Assembly (NCBI GenBank): GCA_963833025.1
Contig: CAWHWI010000001.1
Coordinates: 596,855-660,854, forward strand
Direction of reading: 5' to 3'
Origin: an uncultured delta proteobacterium
GTDB taxonomy: Bacteria; Desulfobacterota; Binatia; Binatales; Binataceae
Length of the DNA: 64,000 nt
Shown here piece after piece: positions 1 to 9,948 of this stretch (positions within the stretch are counted from its first letter, which is position 1; every line of letters starts with the position of its first letter). The position numbers and the translations under genes are program-made. The notes beneath the pieces were generated by a model, which did no database searches, had not been told where the DNA came from, and saw only the letters and a program-made list of their open reading frames with translations.

Positions 1-1339
1 AGTAGCAAATCACAAGCGCAAGTGAGCGCTGGCACAGTCGCCGCAGCTTAGCCAGGTCCAGAGTCCTTTTGAGACTCTTGCCATGAACCAAAAGACTTCG
101 ACTATCGTACGCCCTCTTCACAAAATCGCGAACGAAATCGGCTTCGCGATCATCGCGTCCGACGAGAAGGGCACATGTGACTGCAAGCTTCTCAGATAGT
201 GCATTGTTTCCGTCGCCAGCTAGAAGCGCTTCCAAGGAAAACACGTAATGGAGTAGAGCATCTTCGAAAACATCTCCCCGATCGCGCCGGAACCCTCCGA
301 TCCATGGATATTCGACAAGCTCCAGTTCGGGTGTCCAATCTGGAAAGATATCACCGCTGGCGAAGGTAGCTTGCAAATAGCGATGGGACGCCGTTGTTAC
401 TGCTCGTGACCCTTTCGCGGCCTCTAGTCCCAATTCATACAATTGCAACCAACGTTCGAACATTGGCCACTGATGCTCTTCGACCTGGTATCTTTCTCCT
501 CTTTGAGGGGCGTGGTACCGGACCCGGATTCTGCGCCATTTCTCTTCACAAACGAGAATAACTGGAATCTCAAAAAATTCAGGGTTGTGCAGAGCCAAAC
601 CCAGCAATGTTTGCAGGTAACCCGGCAAGGAAACGTTAGTTTGCGCTCCCGTCGCAAAGTGCCCAGCCGCAACTTCGAAATCGCCGGTTACGCTTTCCTT
701 AGACCGGTCGCCGTGATTGTCTATGCGCTCGTCACCATCGAGGTCATAGTTGTAGGCTGTGTAAACTGACTTCGTAACTCTCAGAAACCAATAGTCCGCG
801 AGACCTTTCGAATCGATCGCTTCATTTTGAAAGAAATAGGCACACACTTCAGGTGGTGGTCCTAGTCTTTGTAGTTGGCTTGGCGAGAGCCGCTCGATGG
901 AATGACCGGCGATATTAAAGCAACTCTTTGGGAATCTGCAATTGTCCAGCAGATATAGGATCGTGAGCGACCGATTCGCCGGTGCGACCCTATTCACGAT
1001 TTCTTGATAGTAAGATTTAGGTCCTTTCCCGCTAATGACGCCAAGGTAGTAACCGGTACGCCGCAAGAGTTCCGGCACGACCCGTTTGGCAAATGTCAGG
1101 TGGTTTTCCCAAACCTTTCGAGAAGAATATTCCTCAGGGGTTCCGATGCCAAACAGATCGGGAACCGCTCGAAGGAATTCCGGCCGATTCTCTGCGACGC
1201 GTGCCAATTGCGGTGCGGTTAAAGGAAGAGTCCGTAACTTATTTGTTTGTGCTGCAGACTCACGTCTGACAATGCCCGTAAGGTACCGATGAAGTTGAAG
1301 AAAAGATTCCGGGACCTCAGCTTTTGACACTTTGGACAA
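1..1339 (-). CDS. Partial CDS (N-terminal ~445 codons; C-terminus runs off the window start). Hypothetical protein in a low-GC segment with a HEPN-like Rx4H motif (..AYDSRSLLVHGKS..) near the visible C-terminal end
   Basis: Manual translation of the minus strand gives ~445 codons with no stop, from a TTG/GTG start near 1330-1339 to the window edge. The frame opens after a TAA at 1400-1402. It is missing from the ORF track because it is incomplete. GC content is ~50%, against 65-70% elsewhere. Confidence 0.5.
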   Translation of the reverse strand, partial: MSKVSKAEVPESFLQLHRYLTGIVRRESAAQTNKLRTLPLTAPQLARVAENRPEFLRAVPDLFGIGTPEEYSSRKVWENHLTFAKRVVPELLRRTGYYLGVISGKGPKSYYQEIVNRVAPANRSLTILYLLDNCRFPKSCFNIAGHSIERLSPSQLQRLGPPPEVCAYFFQNEAIDSKGLADYWFLRVTKSVYTAYNYDLDGDERIDNHGDRSKESVTGDFEVAAGHFATGAQTNVSLPGYLQTLLGLALHNPEFFEIPVILVCEEKWRRIRVRYHAPQRGERYQVEEHQWPMFERWLQLYELGLEAAKGSRAVTTASHRYLQATFASGDIFPDWTPELELVEYPWIGGFRRDRGDVFEDALLHYVFSLEALLAGDGNNALSEKLAVTCALLVGRDDREADFVRDFVKRAYDSRSLLVHGKSLKRTLDLAKLRRLCQRSLALVICY

Positions 1340-1440
1340 GGCATCTCCCCTGTTCGAAAGGTTTGGTTCCGGTCGAACACCTCGAAGGACTATACGCGTT
1401 TAAGCCTTCGCGCAATCAGCTCAGAGGCCGGAGCGAGAGG

Positions 1441-2223
1441 TTAAGAGGCTGGCGGAAGCCTGAACACGCGCGCGGCGTTGGCGATTACTTGCGCTCCTAG
1501 CGTGGTCGGGCTGGTGCGTCGAAGATTCGCGAGCATTTCCAGCGTGCGCGTCACGTAGGATGGCTCGTTGCGCTGGCCGCGATATGGTTCCGGCGCGAGA
1601 TAGGGTGAGTCCGTCTCGACCATCACACGGTCGTCCGGAACGATCGACGCCGCGACGCGAATCGGCGCGGAATTCTTGAACGTGATGATTCCCGAGAACG
1701 AGATGCAGAAGCCGAGCGCGAGGAACTCGCGCGCCGCATCGGCGTCGCCGGTGAAGCAGTGAATCACGCCGCCGCGCGGCGGAATGCCGGTCTCGCGCAC
1801 GATTTCGACCAGACGGCGCTCCGCGTCGCGGCAATGAATCACGATTGGCAGGCCGAGTTCGGCGGCGAGCGCGAGATGCGCTCGCAAGGACGCTTCCTGC
1901 GCTGCGGGCGGCGAGTGCATGTAGTGGAAATCGAGTCCGCTTTCGCCGATCGCGACGACTTTTTTCGATGCGGCTAGGCTGCGCAACTGCGCGATTCGTT
2001 CGGGCGTGCAGTCCTTTGCGTCGTGCGGATGCACGCCGACGACCGCGAAGACATCCGGGTGGCGCTCGGCGATTTCGACAGTCAATCGATCGTTCTCGAT
2101 CGGTCCGATCGCGCCGACCGAGATGATTTGCGCGACGCCGGCCGCCGATGCGCGCGCGATTACGGCTTCGACATCGTCTCGAAACTTCGCATCGGCAAGG
2201 TGGCAGTGCGTGTCGATGATCAT
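1441..2223 (-). CDS. tatD: TatD family hydrolase (Mg-dependent DNase)
   Basis: 260 aa; His motifs HCH / HCF / ETDSPYL typical of the TatD/YchF family. Confidence 0.9.
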   Translation of the reverse strand: MIIDTHCHLADAKFRDDVEAVIARASAAGVAQIISVGAIGPIENDRLTVEIAERHPDVFAVVGVHPHDAKDCTPERIAQLRSLAASKKVVAIGESGLDFHYMHSPPAAQEASLRAHLALAAELGLPIVIHCRDAERRLVEIVRETGIPPRGGVIHCFTGDADAAREFLALGFCISFSGIITFKNSAPIRVAASIVPDDRVMVETDSPYLAPEPYRGQRNEPSYVTRTLEMLANLRRTSPTTLGAQVIANAARVFRLPPAS

Positions 2224-2284
2224 CGTTCAGGGAGCAGAACTTCTGCCGTCCCGAATTCGAGAAGCGGTGCCTGCGCTGTCGCGG

Positions 2285-3526
2285 CTATGCGCCGAATTGC
2301 TTGCGCACGACCTCGAACGCTTGCTCGGTGACGTTCAAAGTCTGCTCGATGTCGCGCTCGGTGTGCGCGGCCGAGATGAACCAGTTGTGCCGCGGCGCGA
2401 GGTACACTCCGCTCCGCGAGCACACGCCGCAGAAAACCTTGGCGCGATCGAAATGCCCGGCGTCGGCCTTGAACGTCATGTACGGAATCGCCGGCGGTCC
2501 GGAGTACGTCACCTCGAGTCCGGCGCCGCGCGCTTGCGCGAGCAGGCCGGTGCGCAACTTTTCGCCGGTCGCGCGCATCCGCTCGATTCCGCCGCTCGCC
2601 TGCAGCTCCTTGAGATTCGCCAGGCTCGCCGCCATCGGGACGGCGCTGGTGAAGTACGATCCCGTGAAAAATACCTCCTGCGCCGCCTGTTTCAGGCTGT
2701 CGCGCCCGAGGCATGCGGCCAGCGGATATCCATTGGCGATGGCCTTGCAGTAGGTCGTGAGGTCGGGACGCACTCCGAACAGCTCGCCCGAGCCACCCAT
2801 GTGCAGGCGGAAGCCGGCGCGAACGTCATCCAGGATGAGCACGATACCGTTGTCGTCGCAGATTTTCCGCACGCCCGAGAGAAATCCCTCGACCGGCAAT
2901 TCCGAGTCGTGTCCGGCGTCGTGCTTGAACGGCGACACGATCACGCCGGCGAGCTTGCCGCTGTTTTCCTCGACCGCGCGGCGAACGCTTTCGAGATCGT
3001 TGAATCGAAAATAAACCACGTTCGCGCGATCTTCCGGCGTCACACCGCCGGGCATCGGCGTGCACCACGCATGAGTGCCGTGGTATGCGCCCGAACACAT
3101 AGCAATCTTCGGCCGTCCGGTCGCCTGACGCGCGACCTCGGTCGCCCACGTGCAAACGTCGGAGCCGTTTTTCGCGAACACCGCCCAGTCGGCGAGCGGC
3201 GTGATCGAGACGAGATGCTCCGCGAGCTCGACCCACACCGGCCCCGGCGCGTTGAAACAGTTGCCAAGCTCCATCTGCCGACGCGCGGCTTCCTCTACTT
3301 TGGGATGCCGATGACCGAGCACGATAGGACCGTACGAGCACATGAAGTCGATGTACTCATTGCCGTCGACGTCCCAAATGTGCGAGCCCTCGCCGCGCGA
3401 AAAAAATGACGGGTAAGCGCCCCTGGTCAGGACCAGCGGCGTCTGATGGCCGTAGATTCCGCCGGGAATAACTTTCTTGGCGCGCTCCATCAGCGCGTCG
3501 CTGTTCTCGAATGTGTAGGGTTTCAC
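2285..3526 (-). CDS. Class III PLP-dependent aminotransferase, glutamate-1-semialdehyde 2,1-aminomutase-like family
   Basis: 413 aa; aligns across the whole length with GSA aminomutase-like enzymes (GGIYGHQ, DDVRAGFR, CKAIANGYP with candidate PLP lysine). Confidence 0.8.
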   Translation of the reverse strand: MKPYTFENSDALMERAKKVIPGGIYGHQTPLVLTRGAYPSFFSRGEGSHIWDVDGNEYIDFMCSYGPIVLGHRHPKVEEAARRQMELGNCFNAPGPVWVELAEHLVSITPLADWAVFAKNGSDVCTWATEVARQATGRPKIAMCSGAYHGTHAWCTPMPGGVTPEDRANVVYFRFNDLESVRRAVEENSGKLAGVIVSPFKHDAGHDSELPVEGFLSGVRKICDDNGIVLILDDVRAGFRLHMGGSGELFGVRPDLTTYCKAIANGYPLAACLGRDSLKQAAQEVFFTGSYFTSAVPMAASLANLKELQASGGIERMRATGEKLRTGLLAQARGAGLEVTYSGPPAIPYMTFKADAGHFDRAKVFCGVCSRSGVYLAPRHNWFISAAHTERDIEQTLNVTEQAFEVVRKQFGA

Positions 3527-3626
3527 GCCAACTCCTGGGCGACGATTTTCGCCAAATGCAGTCTCGTCTGCCGCCGAGCAGACCGTCAGCGAGAATCCTA
3601 TTTGCCGGCGCGAGGGTCAAGCCCGC

Positions 3627-3664
3627 AAAAAAAAAGGGGCTGGAGTCATTACAACTCACAGCCC
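3627..3664 (-). terminator. Rho-independent terminator downstream of the response regulator gene
   Basis: On the minus strand: stem GGGCUG / CAGCCC followed by a 9-nt U run (plus-strand A9 at 3627-3635). Confidence 0.55.
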
Positions 3665-3694
3665 TCCCCCACCCCAATATGAGATTGATTTTGC

Positions 3695-4177
3695 CTAGTG
3701 GCGATATGCCGGGTCGTTCGGCCGCTGCGACATCGGCAGAGCGCCGACGCGCACCAACTCGTCGCGCAGCTTGGCGCGCGACAGCGGCTTGCACAGCACG
3801 GCCGACGCGCCGAGCTGATAGCTCTCGGCAATGTCGCGGTCGTAGAGCGAGCTGGTGATCACGAACATCGGCACGGTTGTCAGCGCCTCGTTCGCGCGCG
3901 CCGCCTGCAGCACGGAGAATCCGCCATTGTCGGGCAGGCGTAGATCCACAAGGAACAGGTCGGGGCGATCGTGCTCGGTGAACTGCGCGATCATGAGCAA
4001 CGCCTCGTCGGCGTTCGACGCATGCACGAGTTCGATATCGTCGCCGAGCACCTGCCTGACCACAGTGAGCGCGATAAAAACGTGGTCCGGATTGTCCTCG
4101 ACGAGAAAAATCCTGACCGCGGGACTCAACGTGCCCAGGTCTTTATCTTGTTCCTTCTCTTTATCTTGGTCGTTCAT
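3695..4177 (-). CDS. Stand-alone response regulator receiver (CheY-like) with a Lys/Glu/Asp-rich N-terminus
   Basis: 160 aa; receiver motifs (VEDNPDH.., LFLVDLRLPD, K near C-term); no output domain. Confidence 0.8.
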   Translation of the reverse strand: MNDQDKEKEQDKDLGTLSPAVRIFLVEDNPDHVFIALTVVRQVLGDDIELVHASNADEALLMIAQFTEHDRPDLFLVDLRLPDNGGFSVLQAARANEALTTVPMFVITSSLYDRDIAESYQLGASAVLCKPLSRAKLRDELVRVGALPMSQRPNDPAYRH

Positions 4178-4512
4178 AATCCCCCATCACCTCACGAAAT
4201 CCGGACCCAACGGATTTCATAACGGTCCCCTACAGTTGCCTCGGACGAGCCGGGTGAAATCTCTGATAGGCTGATGATCCAATTGCCGTGCCATTTCTTT
4301 GAGCTTGGATTCGAGTCGTGACATGACGAGGGACAACGTGCCTAGCCTCCGTATGATGTTGCGAATCTATTTGAAGCCCTCGATGACCCGCAAATCCCCG
4401 ATTTGGACGTTGAACATCGCTTCCGCCCCGCAATCCCCGCCGAACCATCCCTGCAATCAATCTCCCGCAACGGCCTGCTTGTGGCAATTGTGCTACACGC
4501 GTTGCTGACACT

Positions 4513-6357
4513 GTGCCACTGCGACACATAGTGTTAAGCATTGATCTGTACATTTCACTCGCAGCGCCGGTTCCAAGCCGGGAAAGGATCGCCGCTTTGG
4601 GAATCTTCGCGAACTTCCTGGATTCGAGATTCTCCAAACATCCCTTACTTCGAAAGTACACCGCCCTGGTCAGCGAAGACCTGACGGCAACGTACTCGCG
4701 CGACATCCAGAAATGGCTCCTCGTCGCCCCTGTCATCGGCATTCTGGCTGGCCTTATCATCACCGGAATCGCCGTGCTCGTGCTCGACGTGATCTGGGCG
4801 GCACTACTTCCCTACTACCTTGCTCATCATTGGGCAATCGTGGTTGGCCTCGTCGGCGGCTTCTTTGTGACGGGCCTGATAATGCAATTTTGCACGCCCG
4901 ATCCTGACGAACACTCGACCGAGGAAATCGTTCGTTCCTACCACGAGCACCAGGGCGACATCGACATTGGTCCATTCTGGTGGAAGCTGCTCGCCGCGGT
5001 GACCACGGTCGGCTCGGGCGGCAGTGCGGCGCTCGAGGGACCGAGCATCTACAGCGGCGGCGCGATCGGATCGTGGCTATGGACCAAGCTGCGCCGTTTC
5101 GGTCTCGAGTCGCGCGACCGGCGCATCATGTTGATCAGCGGCGCGGCTGCCGGCATGTCAGCGGTCTTCCGCGCTCCGCTCACCGGGATCGTGTTCGCGC
5201 TGGAGATGCCGTACAAGGACGACCTCGCGCACGAGGCGTTGCTGCCGTCGCTGATCGCGTCGGTGGTCGCGTACGCGACGCTGGTGTCGATCGTCGGCGC
5301 GCAGCCGTTGTTCGGTTTCGCAGGCAGCACCAGCTTCAGGGCAAGCGACGTCTGGTGGTCGGCGTTGCTCGGCGCAGGCATCGGCCTCATCGCAATCGTG
5401 TTCGACATCACGTTTCGCCGCGTGCGCAGGTTTTCCATCGCCAGCCGAATACCGCACACGCTGAAGCTCACGATCGGCGGGCTCGGTACGGCGCTGTGCG
5501 GCCTGGCGTTCGTCACGATTTACGACGGCCCGCTCATCCCGATTGGCCCGAACTACGAAGCGGTGCGCTACGTGCTCAAGCATCCGATTCCCACCGAAGT
5601 GCTGCTGGCGTTCGTCGCGTTGAAGCTGCTCGCAACGATCTTCTCGCTCGGCTCGGGCGGCGTCAGCGCGATGTTCGTGCCGTTGCTGCTGGTCGGCGGT
5701 GCACTCGGCAACGCCTACGCGCAATCCGTCGTCCACGCGCCGACGCACGATCTCTATGCAGCCGTTGGGATGGCGGCTTTCATCGCGGCCGGCTACAAAG
5801 CTCCGCTCACCGCGGTCGTCTTCGTCGCGGAGACCACGGGCGGCCATTCGTACATCATCCCGAGCCTTATCGGCGCGGCGGTCGCGTATGCAGTCTCGGG
5901 CGAGGCGTCGGTCTCCGGCGATCAGCATGTTCATGAGACCACAAAACTCGCGGAACTGTCCGGGATGGCGGTGCGGGACGTGATGCAGCGCCACGTCATT
6001 TCCGTGCAAGCCAGCTCGACGATTCGCGAATTCGTCGCGAGCGTCGCGGCTCATCACCGGCACACAGTTTTTCCGGTATATGAAGGCAAACAGGTAATCG
6101 GGACCATTGCGGTATCGGATATCAGCCAGGTAGCACCTGAGGATTGGGACAAAACCACCGTCGGCGAATTATCGGACCGCGACGCGATTCACGTAACAGA
6201 CGACTGCGACCTAAGTGAGGCATTGCGGCTGCTGGTGCGCGAGCGCGGCGCCCAGATGCTCTTGGTGACGGACGACGCCGGCACTCTCCAAGGAATCGTG
6301 ACCAAGACCGACGTGCTGCGCGCAGTACGAATGTCGTCAGGAACGCCGAATCATTGA
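4513..6357 (+). CDS. Voltage-gated chloride channel (ClC) family protein with C-terminal CBS pair
   Basis: 614 aa; ClC motifs GSGGSAALEGP and GIVFALEMP; multiple TM helices; C-terminal tandem CBS domains. Confidence 0.85.
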   Translation: MPLRHIVLSIDLYISLAAPVPSRERIAALGIFANFLDSRFSKHPLLRKYTALVSEDLTATYSRDIQKWLLVAPVIGILAGLIITGIAVLVLDVIWAALLPYYLAHHWAIVVGLVGGFFVTGLIMQFCTPDPDEHSTEEIVRSYHEHQGDIDIGPFWWKLLAAVTTVGSGGSAALEGPSIYSGGAIGSWLWTKLRRFGLESRDRRIMLISGAAAGMSAVFRAPLTGIVFALEMPYKDDLAHEALLPSLIASVVAYATLVSIVGAQPLFGFAGSTSFRASDVWWSALLGAGIGLIAIVFDITFRRVRRFSIASRIPHTLKLTIGGLGTALCGLAFVTIYDGPLIPIGPNYEAVRYVLKHPIPTEVLLAFVALKLLATIFSLGSGGVSAMFVPLLLVGGALGNAYAQSVVHAPTHDLYAAVGMAAFIAAGYKAPLTAVVFVAETTGGHSYIIPSLIGAAVAYAVSGEASVSGDQHVHETTKLAELSGMAVRDVMQRHVISVQASSTIREFVASVAAHHRHTVFPVYEGKQVIGTIAVSDISQVAPEDWDKTTVGELSDRDAIHVTDDCDLSEALRLLVRERGAQMLLVTDDAGTLQGIVTKTDVLRAVRMSSGTPNH

Positions 6358-7370
6358 AACTTCGGCATCACTCGATCCGCGAACAGGCGCATCGCGGCGA
6401 GCACGTTCTGATGGCCACTGATGCCGCCTATTTCGAACCAGCATACGAGGCGCGTGAAGCCGAATTGCTCTTTCAGTTGCGCGATTCGGTCGACGCAGTA
6501 TTCGGAGTCGCCGAAAATTCCCATGATTGAATCGACTGTCGAGTAGTCGATCGTGCGCAGGCGGTCGCGGACTTTCTGGAATTCCGCCTGATGGCCCGCG
6601 GCGAGACTTTCGGGCTCGATAATTTCGCTGACCGCGTCGAAGTAGTTGCGGATGCTTGGCTCGATCGTCGCCCGCACCTGCGCGCGATCGCGTCCGACGA
6701 ACACCATCAGCGCCGCGGCCAGCCAATCGTCGGGACGCTCGTGCCCCGCACCTCTCAGCGCGTTCTCATAGATCTTGAGCCGCTCGGCCAGCACGGGAAT
6801 CGGATTTACCGGACCGCCGGCGAAGATTGGATAACGATTCGCGCCGGCGAAGGTGAACGTGTCGGCGCTGTTGGCGGCGAGTCGAATCGGCGGATGAGGC
6901 CGCTGAAGCGGCTTGGGAACGACCTCGACTCCATCAGATCGCTTCTGCGTCCACGCCGCCTTGATCGTTTCGAGTCCGTCCTCGAACAGCTTGCGGCTAT
7001 CCGCCATCTCGACGCCGTAGCCCCGATAGTTGAGCGGGAACGCGCCGCGCCCGGCGCCGAACTCGACCCGGCCGCCGCTCAGCACGTCGAGCGTCGCGAC
7101 TTCTTCGGCAAGCCGGATCGGATGATGCAACGGCATCAGGTTGACCGCCATGCCGAGGCGGATGTTGGTCGTGCGCTCTGCGATCGCGGCGAGAAGCATG
7201 AGCGGCGCAGGCATCACCGAGAAGCGCGGCGCGAAATGCACCTCGGCAAGCCACACAGTGTTGAAGCCGAGCCTGTCCGCTTCGGCCGCTTCCGCGATCA
7301 ACTCACGATAGCGCTCGGTGGTGATTTGATTGGCGGCTTCGGGGAGCTGATAGAAGATGTCGAATTTCAC
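6351..7370 (-). CDS. LLM-class flavin/F420-dependent oxidoreductase (luciferase-like monooxygenase)
   Basis: 339 aa; luciferase-like TIM barrel signature (GFNTVWLAEVHF.., LGMAVNL). Confidence 0.8.
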   Translation of the reverse strand: MKFDIFYQLPEAANQITTERYRELIAEAAEADRLGFNTVWLAEVHFAPRFSVMPAPLMLLAAIAERTTNIRLGMAVNLMPLHHPIRLAEEVATLDVLSGGRVEFGAGRGAFPLNYRGYGVEMADSRKLFEDGLETIKAAWTQKRSDGVEVVPKPLQRPHPPIRLAANSADTFTFAGANRYPIFAGGPVNPIPVLAERLKIYENALRGAGHERPDDWLAAALMVFVGRDRAQVRATIEPSIRNYFDAVSEIIEPESLAAGHQAEFQKVRDRLRTIDYSTVDSIMGIFGDSEYCVDRIAQLKEQFGFTRLVCWFEIGGISGHQNVLAAMRLFADRVMPKFQ

Positions 7371-7395
7371 TTTTTTTACTTCTTACTGGCTCGCT

Positions 7396-8499
7396 TCAAT
7401 ACGCGCCGAGTGCCGCGACGCGCTCGCGATGGAACGCGGGTGAGCCGAAGTAGGACTCGTTGAAGCGCGCGCGCTTGAACCACAGATGCATATCGTGCTC
7501 CCAGGTGAAACCGATTCCACCGTGCATCAGAACCGCGCGGTCGGTGCCGCGGCTGTAGATATCGCACAGGCGCGCCTTCGCCATCGCCGCGGTGCGCGAC
7601 GCGTCGTCGGCCCCGATGTCCTGTGCATAGGCGGCGTACCAGAGCATCGCGCGCGCGGGCTCGAGGTCGGCGACGATTTCGGCGGCCGCATGCTTGAGTG
7701 CCTGGAACGATCCGATCGGCTTGCCGAACTGCTCGCGGACTTTCGAGTAATCGACGGCCATCTCGAGCGCGCGTTCGGTGCCGCCAAGCGAGTCAGCCGC
7801 GACGGCAACGGCAGCGACGTCGATCAGCTTTGCGAAAAGACCGGTGCCGCCGTGAAGCCGCTCGGCGGGAGCGCCCTTTAGCTCGACGCTCGACACGCGG
7901 CGCGTGAGGTCCAGGTTTTTCAGCGGACGAATCGTGACGCCCGGCGCTTTCGCGTCAACGACGAACAGAAAAATGTCAGAGTCATGTTTCGCCGCGACGA
8001 CGATGAAGTCGGCGACGTGGGCATACGGCACAAACATCTTGGCGCCGCTTAGATGCCACCCGGCGCCGCTCTTCATCGCTATCGCATTAATGTCGCGCGA
8101 ATCGACGCTGCCGGCGCTCTCGACCACCGCGACGGTGCCGATCGCTTTGCCCTCGGCGAGCGCGGTGAGCCACTTCGCCTTGAGCTGTTCGGAGCCGCTG
8201 AGCTTGAGCGCGCCCGCCGCGAGCACGGAGGAGAACAGGAACGGACCCGGCATCGCAGCGTAACCGCCCTCTTCCAGAATCATCGCCATCTCAAGCATCC
8301 CGAGTCCCGCGCCGCCGAATTTCTCGGACACGATCAGGCCGGTCCATCCGAGCTTCGCGATATGGTCGTAAAGTTCGCGCGGATAGCCGTCGTCAGTCGC
8401 CATAACTTTGCGTACGAACGTAGTCGGGCACTCGCCGTTCAGAAATGCGCGCCCGCTTTCCTTGAGCTGCTGTTGTTCTTCGCTTAGTCCGAAATCCAT
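7396..8499 (-). CDS. Acyl-CoA dehydrogenase family protein
   Basis: 367 aa; ACAD N/M/C domain architecture; C-terminal catalytic region. Confidence 0.85.
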   Translation of the reverse strand: MDFGLSEEQQQLKESGRAFLNGECPTTFVRKVMATDDGYPRELYDHIAKLGWTGLIVSEKFGGAGLGMLEMAMILEEGGYAAMPGPFLFSSVLAAGALKLSGSEQLKAKWLTALAEGKAIGTVAVVESAGSVDSRDINAIAMKSGAGWHLSGAKMFVPYAHVADFIVVAAKHDSDIFLFVVDAKAPGVTIRPLKNLDLTRRVSSVELKGAPAERLHGGTGLFAKLIDVAAVAVAADSLGGTERALEMAVDYSKVREQFGKPIGSFQALKHAAAEIVADLEPARAMLWYAAYAQDIGADDASRTAAMAKARLCDIYSRGTDRAVLMHGGIGFTWEHDMHLWFKRARFNESYFGSPAFHRERVAALGAY

Positions 8500-8558
8500 A
8501 CCTAACCCCTAACCCCTTCCCATTGTGGGAAGGGGAACCGGATTATCGGGTTTTGCAT

Positions 8559-9746
8559 TCATCGCGATTTCGGCATTTTCATGCCGCGTTCTGCGATTAT
8601 GTTTTTCTGGATGTGCGACGTTCCGCCGCCGATCACCAGCCCCAGCGAGAACATCCACTCGTACGGCCAGTAGGCGTGATCGAGCGCGGCTTCGTCGTCG
8701 CGCGCGAGCATCGAGTAGTCGCCCAGCGCTTCCATCGCGGCGGTGGCGAGGTCGTGATTCAGCTCGGTGCCGACCAGCTTGTTGATCATCGCCTCGACGC
8801 CCGGGTTTTTGCCGCGAACATGATCGGTGAGCTGGCGCAGCGCGTGAAAGCGCATCGCCTCGACCCGGGTCTCCAGCTCGACGAGCCGCTGGCGGAAGAC
8901 AGGATCCTCGGTGAGCGGGCGTCCGCCGCGCGTGATCGATTTGGCCAGCGCCAGCAGGCGGTTGAAGCGTTGCTCGCTGCCGCTGGCGGAGCCGAGCATG
9001 TTGCGCTCGTGAAAGAGCGTGGCGTTGGCGACGATCCATCCTTCGTTGAGCTTGGCGACCAGGTTTTTGCGCGGCACGCGGACGTTGTCGAAGAAAACCT
9101 CGTTGAAGCCGCGATCGCCGGTCATCTGCACCAGCGGGCGCACGGTGATTCCGGGCGTGTGCATGTCGATGAGGATGTACGAGATGCCGCGATGCTTGGG
9201 CGCCTCGGGGTCGGTGCGCACCAGGCAGAACATCATGTCGGCGTATTGCGCGCCCGAGGTCCAGACTTTCTGCCCGTTGACGACGAACTCGTCGCCGACG
9301 ATTTCCGCGCGCGTTTTCAGCGACGCGAGGTCGGAGCCTGCGCCGGGCTCGGAATAGCCCTGACACCATATTTCTTCGGCGCTGAGAATTTTCGGCAGAT
9401 AACGCTGCTTCTGTTCCTCGCTGCCCCACGAGATGAGCGTCGGCCCGAGCATCCCGAGCCCCGACCCGCCGACGAGGTATGGCGCCTTCGCGCGCACCAT
9501 CTCGTCGTTGACGATCGATTGGCGCACCGGGTCCATCGCCTGCCCGCCGTATTCCTTCAGCCACGCGAGCGCGACGTAGCCGGCTTCGTACAAGCGGCGC
9601 TGCCATGCCTTGGCCCTGCCAAGCCAGGTTTTGTCGTCGCGACCTTCGCGATCGGCGGAGAGGCCGCTGGTCGCCATGTTCTCGGCGAGCCACTCGCGAA
9701 CCTTCAGGCGAAATGCTTCTTCCTCGGGCGTGAATTGAAGATCCAT
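8559..9746 (-). CDS. Acyl-CoA dehydrogenase family protein, in tandem with the previous one
   Basis: ACAD fold; the likely start is the internal Met (MDLQFTPEEEAF..) of the 428-aa track ORF. Confidence 0.85.
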   Translation of the reverse strand: MDLQFTPEEEAFRLKVREWLAENMATSGLSADREGRDDKTWLGRAKAWQRRLYEAGYVALAWLKEYGGQAMDPVRQSIVNDEMVRAKAPYLVGGSGLGMLGPTLISWGSEEQKQRYLPKILSAEEIWCQGYSEPGAGSDLASLKTRAEIVGDEFVVNGQKVWTSGAQYADMMFCLVRTDPEAPKHRGISYILIDMHTPGITVRPLVQMTGDRGFNEVFFDNVRVPRKNLVAKLNEGWIVANATLFHERNMLGSASGSEQRFNRLLALAKSITRGGRPLTEDPVFRQRLVELETRVEAMRFHALRQLTDHVRGKNPGVEAMINKLVGTELNHDLATAAMEALGDYSMLARDDEAALDHAYWPYEWMFSLGLVIGGGTSHIQKNIIAERGMKMPKSR

Positions 9747-9948
9747 CTGCGAGACACTCCTGCGGTCGTGATTGAATTTTGCGCGTACCGCGGCTACGCG
9801 CCCAGCATAGTCAAAACCGCGCCGCCGAGAAAATGCGCGTGTCACACGCGGGAGTCGCCGCCAGAAGCCGATTGCCCGCTGAAATCAGCGTTGTTAGAGT
9901 TTGAAGTTGATCAGGACCAAGATTCGGCGATAGACCGGGGTTCACCAG

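Noticed and set aside
4178-4512. Possible fluoride riboswitch (crcB motif) upstream of the ClC channel gene
   Set aside because: I scanned the 335-nt leader for the GGnGAUGG...CUnAUGnCnCC consensus and found no match. The ClC also has CBS domains, which are atypical of ClC-F exporters.
4230-4763. 177-aa minus-strand ORF upstream of the ClC gene
   Set aside because: It overlaps the ClC start region and has an Arg-rich, low-complexity composition, so it is most likely spurious.
4980-6063. Long Arg-rich ORFs overlapping the ClC gene, and many similar ones throughout (e.g. 11032-11826, 8509-9693, 32680-34458)
   Set aside because: These are alternative-frame or antisense open frames typical of >65% GC DNA. 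They have Arg/Ala/Pro-biased composition, no homology, and overlap well-supported genes completely.
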